The notes under the pieces are model-generated. The model made no database searches, was not told where the DNA came from, and saw nothing but the letters and a program-made list of their open reading frames with translations. A program made the translations under genes and the position numbers. A stretch of 61,710 bases of DNA, counting the filler, from Sphacelaria rigidula (Eukaryota): NCBI GenBank assembly GCA_964200075.2. It is 11 parts of 11 records of this genome, joined end to end, with 100 filler letters (N's around TTAATTAATTAA, not from the genome) between each part and the next. Parts side by side here need not be neighbours in the genome. Positions count along the whole stretch, not along the records: positions 33,718 to 39,236 come from CAXNAA020026675.1; positions 39,337 to 44,855 come from CAXNAA020026676.1; positions 44,956 to 50,474 come from CAXNAA020026677.1; 8 more parts are not named here. One strand, given 5' to 3'. Shown piece after piece: positions 36,921-49,292 of the stretch. Each line of letters starts with the position of its first letter. The first letter of the stretch is position 1.

Positions 36921-39336
36921 CGTGCTACGATGAAGTCAAAGGGCGGTTGATATCAGACATGGCTTGTACACGTGTGCCATTGCGCCAAACCGGTAACGTT
37001 GAGATGCAGAGGTTGAAAAGTGAACTTTTCGAAGTGGAATTGAGCATCGTTGTTGAGGACTGAGGCGGCGTGAACAAAATAAAGGAATAGAGTGGCAGGG
37101 TACTGTCGACAGTCGATCGACATGTAGTTCTGCGCACTCCGCACATGCATGAGGTCTACCACCTTTTCAATCAGGCGCAGACGAAAGGGGGAAAAAAAGA
37201 CCATGTCGAAGGCACACAACAAACCGTAGGTGTGTGTATGTTGGAATAAATTGTAACAGCAAGAGGCAAGCGAAGGTTGTCACACGCAACAAACATACAG
37301 TGTCTGTCACCAGCGCAACAGCGCATTAACAGACCTGCATACCATGGAGGAATATACGTGTGGGACGCAGCGAACCGCAACGTCAACCGCTCAGTTCTGT
37401 CTTGAGAACATGTTGAGGTTGAGAGAAAAACACACAACTGTCGGATGCCGTATCGTATTTCCAGAGGCAATATCAGCGCAGCTGGCGATTCTCATATAAC
37501 AGCACCGCCTAGTTCACTGAAAATAGCCGAGTTGGAGTCTTGGTGACGTACATCGTACAGGTAGACAGTTAATAAGTGTACAAACACAACCGAAATACAA
37601 ATGTGTAGTGCAGTGCAGACAGCAGCGTAAAAAGCACCAGACAACGAAATGCTGTGTCGCACAGTACAGTACACATGATCTTCACGTGGTTCAGCGGGCG
37701 TGGTCGACAGTGCAGTACGATACCAATTTGTTCGCATCACATGAAAACAAATCCGACACAACGTTATGCCCGCGCCGTGTTCATATCTACAATGCAATAT
37801 ACATGACTTCGTTCAGATAGTGTAGCAGTACCAACGCATGCTACAGTACAGCACCTCATCGTCCGCACGATATTCCCCGCTGGGACCATTTGTAATTGAA
37901 ACGGTGCTGTACAGTCGTCAGTACTTCAATTCGGAACAATATTCCAACGCGAAAGGTGAGTGGCCTTTTGGACGACCAAGTATGTACTGTAGTGCGTGTT
38001 GGTGGGGCGGCAATCAAACTGTAGTGTACACTGGTGCCGTGCAAAAGTGAAAAAAGTACAGAGCCGAGCGCTTGTGTCCAAGTAACATGAGCCTCGCGCA
38101 TCGCCGTGTTCAATCATCCTCGTGTACAGACAACATTCTTATCCTGGTCCATCATGCCGCATCGATGTAATTCGGTGCGCATGGTGGCTCAACGTTCCGT
38201 GCTTAGGTAAGAAAAGTCGCATGTACAGCGGGCGGCGATTGAAATAGCCCGCGAGCTCTCTACCTGCAAGCATGAATTGGCGTGTGTTGATACAGAACCG
38301 ACGGACTGTGAGCAGGAACGCTTGCGGGGGCAGGTGGTCGGGGGGGCGTTGAAAACGCTACGAACCCTTGAGGGGCATATCTAAACAAGGAACGTGTGAG
38401 CGGCTCCATTATCCGAGAACCGCCCGTGGGTGAAAAAGAACACGGCACTTCAGATCGAGTGTGCATGAGAACGCTATGCGTTCTCTGTGCAGTGTAAAAC
38501 GTTGCCAGAGAGAGCGCATCCGCCACAGTGTTGGCTTGTACCGTCGATATGACCTGCAGGGTGCGGGGAATACGCTTGTGCAGCAAGAGAGGGCTGAGGT
38601 GTGCGCTCGTACCTTGAGCGCTTCATGGTTCGGCTGCCACTGCCTGAAACCAACGTGGGAACTGTATGACACATCGAACACCTGCAGCTAACTCGAGTCG
38701 GGGTGCCTGTTGAACTCCGAGTAAAACAGAACAGCTGTCTAAGAAGCTGTGTAATTATCGTGGTGTATTACACCGCTAAATCATGTACACAAATATCAAG
38801 TGAAAACGAGGGCCGAAAATTCGAGGTTTTCAAGAGAAAACCGTGAGCTGGTGTTTGGCTGTGTGTAAGCAGCGGCCGATCGAAAGAGAAAAACCGTAGA
38901 GCTTGAATCGAACAAGCTACCTCTGAAGCCCCATGAATGTGGAAGTATAAGCAACTACCGCAAGCAGTAGTGCCGTATACACCGAACGCAAACTAGCCAC
39001 ACCCTTGTGGGGTGTAGACAGGCGGTCCTGTTTTCGACTTGCTAACCCAAACTGTTGTTTCACTCTCTCAATACAATAGCCCAGCTGTCAAAGTGGGAGC
39101 AGCCCTAAAGCCAGCAAACAAGTATCAATGGTGAATGAGGGTGATAGTACAGCACAGCTAAGACTCACGTCAATAAGGCTGTGGACTCGCGACACTGAAG
39201 ACAGGAGATCGGTGGGTAGCTGATGAGTAAAGCTCTNNNNNNNNNNNNNNNNNNNNNNNNNNNNNNNNNNNNNNNNNNNNTTAATTAATTAANNNNNNNN
39301 NNNNNNNNNNNNNNNNNNNNNNNNNNNNNNNNNNNN

Positions 39337-39377
39337 AAGGTTACGAGGTTACCAACTGAGCCACCGGGGCGACCGGT
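39337..39377 (-). mobile_element. SINE 5' end (A box), cut by the contig edge
   Basis: The reverse complement reads ccggtcgccccggTGGCTCAGTTGGtaacctcgtaacctt. Confidence 0.7.
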
Positions 39378-39601
39378 GTAGGAAGCGATCAATGGCATCC
39401 ATGTGCTTTGTCATCATTCCGGCCAAGAATCCGTGAGTCAATCGTTTGTCACACTGCTGTTCTCAAACCGGGACACCCTGCGACTTCTTTTATACGGACG
39501 AGTATTCAGGGTCTGTGTGTGATCATGCCCCCATGTAACACTGAGGTTCTGACATGGAGGTTAATTCCGATTCAAGTTTTCCAACCGCTGTATATTCAAG
39601 T

Positions 39602-42600
39602 TCAGAGTACCTGCGATCTTTTGGTCTGCAAATCAAGCTCCGCCTGCTTTTTCTTCTCTGCTTCCTCACGCGCCGCCCACAAGTCCGGCCAGTAGAAGTT
39701 CTCCCGATAAGCTGCCAAACAACCGCCAATAATGAGGTAAGTATTCTCACTCCTAGTCGAAAGCATCACGCACAATGTTGCGTAGAGGTTCAGTCGGTCA
39801 ACCCTGATTTGTGCCATTCAACTGGCCATTGAAATCACCCCAGTCGCAGTTCCCCCTCCACATTTGCTACAACGAGCCTCCTGACCCGACATCAATTTTC
39901 GTGCGAGATCTCAAGTCTCTGTCCTGGTTGCACTAGCTACCCGTAAATTTGACGCATCACTTCACCTATGGACCCGTCGCCCTTTCATCGGGAGATGAGA
40001 CTGTAGTATATAAGAATATGAATAAGCTTATTATTAATTCCACCTGCGGGCTTCCACGACGGGTTGTTACAAGCATATCTGTGGCTTGCATGTGTGAAAA
40101 CAGATACCTGAGGTCTGTGGGTATGCCTGATCTGTGTCGTAGTCGTACATTTTTTTTATTTCAGCAGATCCTACGATTGCGTCCAGGAGCACCACTCGTG
40201 GCCGATGTCTGTCTCACGGAGGTAGCAGGGAAACGGAACGAAGGAAACGCCCCACCGAGGTGAAGCAGGTAAGTAGCGGTCGCAGGTTACTGCAATCAGC
40301 GGAGTGAAGCAAGAACACGCAACCGCCGTGGTCGACGATTGCAGAGCTTACACGCACCCTTATTTTAACCCAAAATGCAAGACCTGCGAGAAACAATGAC
40401 CTGAGAAGTCGGAAGTGCTCGCACTCCAAACGCAAAAGCTTCTCCTTCCCGCTCTCGAGCCTAAGTCGGTACCTCGCTCCCCTTCCGGATGCACAGACAA
40501 CGGTTGCCTTTCCCCCGTCGTTGCGGATAAATTCGTCCCCCAGCAGCTGTAGTCGAGCGCCGGGAGAAATGTCTTCATTACACCATGGTCATCAGGAGCA
40601 TGATAGCATGGTGAGACGGGGGGCGTGTAAGAGGCGAGCTTTTGCTGTGAAGCCGGGCAAGGCTGTCTTCATTCGCTACACGTTATTTTCCGTCTGGTGA
40701 TGCCGTATCATCCTGTGACATACACAGAGTGCTCGTCGTTAGAAACTCGATGTCCCCAGGAAACAGGACAACTGTGATCGGTACATATATATATATATAT
40801 ATATATCCCCGGGTATGCTCCCAAAGCCCAAAGCAATTCTGTGTTGTAAATATATGTATATATATGTGTGTACGTATACCAACCACTTTGTCCTCTCCAA
40901 CACCTACCGTCGAGGAAACATACTCTGCGACCTTGCCAGTATATTGCTCGCTGCTTCGTCCCATCCTGTGAAGTAAGAGTCCCTAATCCGTGAACCATGT
41001 CCTGTAGGTTCCCGAACGCACCGGCAACAAAAACGTGTATTCTAGATTCAATGAGCAACGCATGTCTTATCTTGTGGGCACCGAGCAGAGTCGAAGCGAA
41101 CGGAGGAGCACCCGGGAACATGTGAGTGTTAGTGCTGTGCCGAAAGAGGTGTGATCATCAAAGTAAAATTTCTGGGGGCAACTGACCGTACACGTGTTCA
41201 CCAGTACTTCGTCTGCGTAGTTGAACAAGCGAGTTTCTGAGTTCTGGCATAGACGGCGTGAACTTCGAAAAAAGGCGAGTTGCGATGAAACGGCGACTGC
41301 ACACCTCTGTGATAAGAAAACGAGTCGATAAAGAACATGAAAGCACGAGACAAATGATGAAGAAAACGCAGTGCATGGGGGCAGTAATGAGCGAACAAGA
41401 CGACGAAGACAGGGGGGCGTTCTGTGACAACGCGGGGCTTCGTGTTTCGAAATTCAGCATATTCGGGGATTTCACGACCATACGTCGTACATTTTCGGAA
41501 CTACACGGGAGGAGATCGTGAAAGTCACATTCAAGAGTTGTCCGTCCCATATCAGATCCTCATCCACCAGAAGGCGGCCTCTGCCATGCATCATCCCATC
41601 AACAAATGTTCCTTCGTAGATACTCTCCCCGTGCACGCGATACTCTCCTGATGCGTGGGATCGTTCAGCGGGAGAGGAAAAAGGTTAGAGCCAGGCGACA
41701 GGAGAGAAACATCTTGGTAACTGACAACGTACATCTGAAATTTGGAACAGGGTGGGTTGTAACAACTTTCGGTGAAAGAGTATATCCAAGTAGGATGAAA
41801 TCTTGTGGCATGTTACACTATTCCGAAGCACTGCATCTGGACGCATTGCTCGACACGAACTGCCGATGAAGATATCCCAAACAGACTACTTCAGCAGTGC
41901 GGCATGTACATGGTACGGTACATGCAAGGCATGTCACGCTTTCTCATGGGGTCATACTCTGGAGTTTGCTTCGAGAAAATATGAGGAGAAGCCACGTAGA
42001 GACTTGAACGCGGAGTGGCACCACAAATGCGGCGAAAACCGACCGAGGAAGCATGGGAAAACGATTTACATATTCCGGTTGTACAACACTAATCGGCCGG
42101 GTGATTTTATGTTCCACACGCAGGGATGAAAACTCCACGTGTTCTTCAGGTAAAGCCGATTGCTACCCTCCACCTCATTTGTAAGTGGCCCCTACCTATT
42201 TTCATACTTGGCAAAGAGTCAGCGGCTCGCCTAAACACGCTGGAGCTACACCGTCCCTGGTTGCCCAGGACACGGCGCCTTGGGCGTTTCACTGTGACGA
42301 AGCGGCTCATGCACGTATACGATGACATGCGTTCAAGACTTGCCGGAACGGTTTGACTGGGGTACAGCGAATCGAAAGTGAAAGGTATGAAATATTTCCA
42401 CGGCGACGCAAAATCAGCGAGAACGGCAGCGTATACCAGACACATCGGCAGAGACTCTTTCCCGGCTACGGGTGCGCCCTCTCTGTGTATGCTCTTGATG
42501 CCGGTTTGCCTACCGTGTCCGTGCGGCACCCAGGCATCTCCACGCCGCTTCGATTCTCCGAAATACACGACACCTGTTTGCTGGCGCTTTCCGTTCACGC

Positions 42601-43198
42601 CTCGTTTCCAGAACCGTACCGTATTTTCCTCGATATATCTTGCAACCAGATAGATAGCCGGCACGGTGAATCCGCCATGTGTCATGTATAATGTGTCACG
42701 TATCGTGGGGTGTTAGCAACGATGTGGCCACTTGAAGGAAACGCGCACCCCGTGCGTGACGGACAGTCTGTAACTTGGGGAATATATCTCGTTCACGTCG
42801 TACTGACGATCAAAGGATGTGCATGTGCTTGGGTGAAAGTACATAGAGACAACGGAACGAGAGATTACGCGACGATGAATTTAACGCACTATCATAAACG
42901 CCCAACGTCACACCACGACAACGATGAAAACTGCAGTAGCAGTAGCACCAGCAGCACCAGCAAAAACAACAAGAGGATTAGCAGCAGCAGCAGCAGCAGC
43001 GGTAGCTACAACAACGACCATCAACGGAAACTCATCTCATACAAGCGCCTATTTGACGTCGATACAACAAAAGTCGCGTTCGTAACACGAACGTGGGCAT
43101 CAAAACGATTTCGCCGGCCTCTCGCCTTTCTCTGTTTACACGTACCTGACCAATTCCTTTTCTCGTTTCTCCTTTTGTAGTCGGGTGTCGATCGCAGC
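39602..43198 (-). CDS. Multi-exon MORN-repeat protein gene (5' end unresolved)
   Basis: Phase-consistent GT-AG exons: 43198-43146, 42638-42514, 41647-41529, 41001-40908, 40572-40401, 40208-40108, 39711-39611 (or read-through to the stop at 39602). The spliced product has YFGE..WVPHGHG, YEGTFVDGMMHGRG and WDGQLLNDMVHGLG MORN-like repeats. Confidence 0.85.
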
Positions 43199-44955
43199 CT
43201 GTGCCCCCGGAGAAATACAACAGACACCGCAGCAGCAATCAAGCCGTCGACGTTCGTAGCAAATAGCATCATGAAAGGTGGGGAAGGTAAGGATATTGGC
43301 TACCGCCAAGCAACAAGGCGAGGAGAGTACCCAGAGGCGATGGTCAAATCCGAGATCGCACTACGTGCTCTCTCGATCCGATTACATCTGGTAAAACTGA
43401 AGGCAAACGCTCAAATTCGGTCTTGTGAAGAAATGTTCACTCTATCGCCCCTGGGAGGCATTGGAAGCACCGAAAGAAGAGTTCCTGTACTCGATAGCCG
43501 TAATACATCGCTGCAGCGTGGGGCGATCTCCCTTCGCGTATCAAACTCAACAATTTGTTTGCGACAGCAAAACCTTTCGCGAAAACCGTTTTTTATTTCA
43601 GTGGTAATGTGGCAACTCGTTTGCCTGATACAGATTACCAACAGTGCACCTTGCAAAGACGGCTCATTGTAATCCTCGGTGGCGTAGCTTGCGTTGTACA
43701 AACGAGTCATCCGCAGCAAGAATTCCTCTGTCAGCACTTGATGGCATGAACCACAAACACAACAGTAAGTACTCGAATGGGCCAGAAAAATGCCTGCTCA
43801 TGGTATGGTCGTACGTCAGGTGATAGCAGAGTGCAGAGCAAGTACGTTTCTCTAGAGACCCGTACCAACACTCAAGTTTGTTGTCGGCACCCAACTCCCA
43901 TATCCCAAAGGCGCCTTTCGCCAACAGCGTGTTAGCTCTTCAATGCATAGGTCACGATACAAGTAAGCAATCCAACGCCAAAGATATTTTGTGCTACTAA
44001 ACACGCCTCGATAGTTACAACAGCCGCCTTTTCTGTGCTGACCAAGTCCTGCTGTCCCTGCTTGTGTGACAAAAATGACCCTTGAAGGACTCCACCCCCA
44101 CTTGTTTCTACAGTGAGAGAAGCTGCGGCCCATGCCCCACCATGAATAAACTCTGTATTTGCCTGCGCTCATACTTTTCCAGCTCTTACTGTTCTCGTGA
44201 CTGTGGATCAATACTTGTACTCGTTGGCGGTCATGCTGAGAGCCATTACGCTCACAACCAAACCAGTCTCCGAAACTGTCTCATGATATCGTACAAGTCG
44301 ACTTCTGTTGCTGCGGAAGGATCGGATGACCGAGTGAGCAACAGCGGAGTTTACTCATAATCGTGCATGCCGCAGTCACAGGACCACTGAGCTCGCATCC
44401 CTACAAACCTTGAACCGGGCACGGTGGGTGTTTGCCGGACCAGGTTCGCAATCAATCACCAAGCGTGAGGCGCCGTGATGTGTTCGACAAGTTGCATGAA
44501 GGTTGAGCTGCATCCTGCTGAGATTGTTCGGCCCGAAGCATACCGATGATCTTGCGTGCGGATAACACAGTTTCGAACGAGTTGCTTTCATCATGTGGTA
44601 TCACCACTTCCAGAGACAGCCGCGGGCTACACTACCCCATGGGTGTCTCACGATTTTGACCACGTAGTACGATCATCCCCATCGCGCGGACTTGAGATTT
44701 TCCACCCCGCACAACATGACCTTACTCGACCACGATCACGGTTACCGCAAAAGGAAGGCAAAGGAGAAACAAAAGCACACGCGAGAAAAACGATAACCTG
44801 TAGTGAGCAACAGGGGGGGGGGGGGATCCGAACTGGGGGAGCGGGGGCGACTACGNNNNNNNNNNNNNNNNNNNNNNNNNNNNNNNNNNNNNNNNNNNNT
44901 TAATTAATTAANNNNNNNNNNNNNNNNNNNNNNNNNNNNNNNNNNNNNNNNNNNN

Positions 44956-45265
44956 GCAAGCAGCTCCACCGGACGGCGCATGCTTGCGCAACGCGAAAAT
45001 CAACTGCTCGTCCTCAACATCATAATCATTTTTCAAGAACGTGTCACACAGACATATCACAATATGTTTCGGCATGAGCTCACCTCAAAGAGGTTTGTCC
45101 ACCGCGCCTTTACCTGTTCTACATCTCGCAAATGTTGCTCGTATTTGCGTAAAAACTCGGCCGATTTCTCGCTCGAAAACTTGCGGCCGTAGTACGGCAT
45201 CTCCAGCGCCAGTACAGGAACAACACGACCATCGACGATGGCATATTCCTGCGCCTCGTACATTT
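44956..45265 (-). mobile_element. Probable LTR-retrotransposon gag N-terminal remnant
   Basis: The frameshifted reading ALEMPYYGRKFSSEKSAEFLRKYEQHLRDVEQ resembles gypsy gag N-termini (recall only). A PBS-like TGGTATC lies upstream on the minus strand at about 45587. Confidence 0.4.
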
Positions 45266-46024
45266 CAGTCAGCAGTACAGTACTCCACACGTCTTTTTGA
45301 AAAACGAAGTCGCCTCCCACTCACAGGAACAACAACTCTCTCCTTACAACGAGACGCGCTGTACCACCGTACAAAGACAATGGCCCCAGCGCCTCTTCCT
45401 CACGCAGGCCTCACCACGTGTTTGAAGTTCTTAGACTTCTCTTCCTGGTCGTACCTGGCCAAGCGTGGAACAAGCAACTCTCGCTGGCTCCACTAGGTAG
45501 TATGGTAATTGCGCCGCTTTTTTTGGAACGCGCACGGGCTCGCCAGCTGTCGGTCAACCCCCCGCACCTCTCTCACGAGCGATACCACAGCCCACCCTAG
45601 CACTGCCTCAGAACCTCGTCGGCTCTACTTCTCCAACTCCTCGCGACGCTAACACGCCCTGAGCTGGTCTCGTTTGCTGCAAACTGATCAGGCCTGCAGA
45701 CTTCCCTATCTTGAAATGCCAGCTGCTTTTCAGCGAAACTACCGCCTCAGCGGACTTAATGAACTTTCATTATAGACCTCTGTCAATCAAGATCAGATTG
45801 CCATGTGGACTCTTGCCATCACGGGCACATGGACTTCAGCAGCTTTAGTTATTTATGTATTAACCCTCAGCATAGTACAGGAGAACAGGACCATATAACC
45901 TCTCTCCACCAGAGTGGCAAACCCAAGCCTACTCGCTATGGAGATCACCATCACAGAGTCCGGCAATCAGACCCGCAACTCCACCTACAATGTCCCTGAC
46001 CTTAGGTAACAATGGTGGCTAGGT

Positions 46025-46600
46025 CTACAGCTCAAACCTGGGGCGTCCGCGGTGAAGACGAAGCCGCGGCGGTACGATCCGATGAAGCCGAGTTGGTTGG
46101 CGTCGCGCATGGCGGCTCTTCTGGCGCTCGGGTTGGTGTTCCGAAACTTGCAGGCAGTGTGGTCCAGTCCGACTATGGTGGTTCCGAACAAGGGCTCGTT
46201 TCGCCTGGTAAACGACTATAAGGCCGTGAATGAGCAGGTTGAAAAGTCGCCGGGTGTGATGCTCAACCAAGAGTCGTACATGCTTGATCTGTTGAGTGCT
46301 CGCTTAGAGAGTGTTGGTTTGTTTGCGGCTGCGCACAAGTGTACCTTTTTCGCTAGTAGGCTCGTGTGGTGTGGGAAAGTGTACTCACACGGACGCGTTT
46401 TTTATGACCCTGTCAGATTGCAACGCTTGTCTGGCATGCCGCGCCCGGAGATGGCCGCAAACCTCATGGATTTCCTTTGAGGCCCTGAATTGGCTGCATA
46501 CCTCGTGACGGCGTATGGCAGAAATCGTAGCTCCCTTGCGTTTTTTACTCGAAGAACTCACGGCGGGTGCTGCGAGGCGGACGAAGCGTGTGGCAAACGC
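46025..46600 (+). pseudogene. Ty3/gypsy reverse transcriptase remnant with the catalytic core deleted
   Basis: LKPGASAVKTKPRRY..WSSPTMVVP..FRLVNDYKAVN is fused directly to RLESVGLFAAAHKCTFF...WCGKVYS..DPVRLQ.L..MPRP. There is no LDL..GY or YxDD motif. Confidence 0.85.
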
Positions 46601-46611
46601 TGTGGGGGTGC

Positions 46612-46880
46612 TGTGACGAAATTACGCCGTTACGTTGAGTTGGTAGTGATGAGCTGGATCATGACCGCGGGCACGGGGATTCTGGAGGATCCTGAGAGGA
46701 TTCTGGATAATGACCGGGGACACTGAGACGATACCCTGCGGGTCTAGGAGGCTGTGCCTACAAGGGCACTCAGGACATACTGAGATATTGTAAAGGCTGA
46801 TGACTGAAACTGAGGCCAGTGAGACTGGGGAGTCCCTCAAGAGCAGTGATCCACCAGTTCTTCTTCTGGCTGGCGTCACT
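46612..46880 (+). mobile_element. Candidate LTR
   Basis: It begins TGTGACG and ends CGTCACT (short inverted termini), is preceded by G-rich tgtgggggtgc, and follows the pol remnant. Confidence 0.45.
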
Positions 46881-47273
46881 GAGCTTAAATCCGTTTATAG
46901 GCTGGCCCAGCTCGTATCTCGCCACGATTTCTTCGGGATACGTAGACGGACAATGCGATAGTTGCTATGCAAGATGATGCACAAGTAGGAAAAATCTATG
47001 CTCTGCGTGCTTATTTACTAAAAACAACTCCGGGTTAGTGGGGGCATTTTTTTCCATTAAAGTATCTTGTCATAATATATCGTCGTACTATTATTGTTGT
47101 ACTCCTAAAAAACGGACGGGCTTCCCGGATCCGGATTCGTATATTTTTCGAAAGTACGCTTTACAGGTGGATACTTTGCTCTCTCCGGGGGTACATGAGG
47201 CGGTACATTCGCAACCGTGCACATTGTCGAAGGTGTCAGACCTTCGCATGGTCCTGACCTTGTAAAGGTCGTG

Positions 47274-49292
47274 CCTCTGGATTGTTTCTGAAATCACATT
47301 CTTGTTTCAGCATATTTGAAAGTTGTACAGCGCGGGAGCTGTTTGGGGTACATCCTCCTTTTGCCCAATTTGGAAAACGTTGGGATTTCCAAAGATTGGC
47401 AAGAACGAGGATTTACCCCGGACAGCTCCCGCAGTAAAATCCCATACACCAGCATGCGGTAGATGTACAGCAAAGGATTCTCGGAAGTCCTCATTTCGGC
47501 CGCCATTTTAACCTGAAATTGGGCAAAAAGAGGACTTGCGAGCAGCCTCTGATGTCCGAATCCAACACACTGGGCTGTTGCCAGCGTGTGACACTCAAAC
47601 TAAAGGGATCGTCGAAAACTCTTCTTGCCTCCTAATGAAATCAGTTGGGTAGCACGGGAACCTTTCGGTAGCCTCTCCTGTTGAAATTCCATACACAGAC
47701 TGCAAGTGCATGTCTCAACAGCAGTATTCACATCAACTAACTGTTGATGGCTGATGTATACCTTGACAAACTATTGTGATGGGGTTCGAAACCCCGTAGT
47801 CCATTCATTGTACGCCTAATGCAAGGCCAATGAGATGAGAGGATTCAACGATGTGCCTACTCTTCGTCCCGCACGAGTCATGCGCATGGCATAAATGTAG
47901 ATGCCATTCACGCCTCATGGTAAGCGTGGGTGGTATGTACAATCGATTCATCCCGCATTTATTTGTTTACAGGGGATTGATATGTGCCCAGGGTCTGCCC
48001 CCTCTGACGTGAAGGTAGGAAACAGGTACCGCTGACGGTGTGTACTGCACGGCTCAAGAGCTCAAAACCCGTATAAACTGCAAATGATGTGCGAACCGTA
48101 TGGTTTATTCGTTGGGATGACGAACATGAGTTGAATCATGATGAATCACGATTTATTTTCTATTCGTCCTAACCGTGGTTGTTTTCCCTCCACGTTTCTC
48201 TCTACGAAAATTCGGAGAAAGTACGCGTCTGTTGCACCCTCACAAATGGGCGGTTTGAGTTTGACAACGAGTGTACTGCCGCAAACACCCGAGCTCAGCT
48301 TTGCACGGTCAGGACGAATCACGATTTTCACGCGTTGACTCTCCATGAAATCACAAGATCCAACTTGTATAAATTGTTGGTTCTGCATGCACCCGACGGT
48401 GGATAATATATGCAGTGCATTCATCTCAAGCGCATACAGATCGGGAGAAAAGCACGCCTAATGCATGGCTAATGAGATGAGAGGATTCAACGATGTGCCG
48501 ACTCTTCGTCCCGCACGAGTCATACGCATGGCATAGATGTAGATGCCATTCATTCACGCCTCATGGTAAGTGTGGGTGGTATGTACAATCGATTCATCCC
48601 GCATTTATTTGTTTACAGGGGATTGATTTTTGCCCATGGTCTGCCCCCTATGACGTGAAGGTAGAAAACAGATACCGTTGATGGTGTACTGCACGGCTGA
48701 AGAGCTCAAAACCCGTATGAATTACAAATGATGTACGAATCGTATGGTTTATTCATTGGGATGACGGACATGAGTTGAATCGCGATTTTATTCGTCCTAA
48801 GCGCGCAAAGTTCCTGTCCTGCCCAACTGATTTGATTGGGAGGCAAGACGAGTTTCCGACCATCTCTGCAGCTTGAGTGTCATACATACGCTGGCAACGG
48901 CATATAGTATGTCGGATTTGAACAGCAGAGGTTGCTCGCGAGTCCTTTTTCGCCAAGTTTCAGGTAAAATTCGCGGGCGAAACGAGGGCTTCCGAGAATC
49001 CTTTGCTGTACATCTCCCATATGCTAGTGTATGAGATTTTACAGCAGAGGCTGTCTGGGGGAAATACTTGTTCTCCCAATTTTGAATTTCAGAACAAAAC
49101 TCCGAACCGGGAAAAACGAGGATTTGAAAATAGATAACGATTTAAATCCTCGTTTTCCCCAATTTGGCATTGAAATAGAACACAAATCTTAATTGGGGAA
49201 AACGAAGATATACCCCGAACAGCTCCCGCGCTGCACAATTTCCAAATATGCTGTCGCAAGAATGGGATTTCAGGAACATGCAATTCAGAGGA
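47274..49292. mobile_element. Foldback/Mutator-like element with about 400-480-bp imperfect TIRs and an internal about 350-bp direct duplication
   Basis: 47274-47665 is the reverse complement of 48807-49292 (e.g. agatgtacagcaaaggattctcggaag). Direct repeats are at 47812-48172 and 48454-48800. A SWIM-like remnant lies at 47761-47666 on the minus strand. No TSD was found. Confidence 0.7.

Noticed and set aside
28688..43198. One long gene joining the MORN and DUF4168-like exons
   Set aside because: The phases are compatible, but the exons lie on different concatenated contigs.
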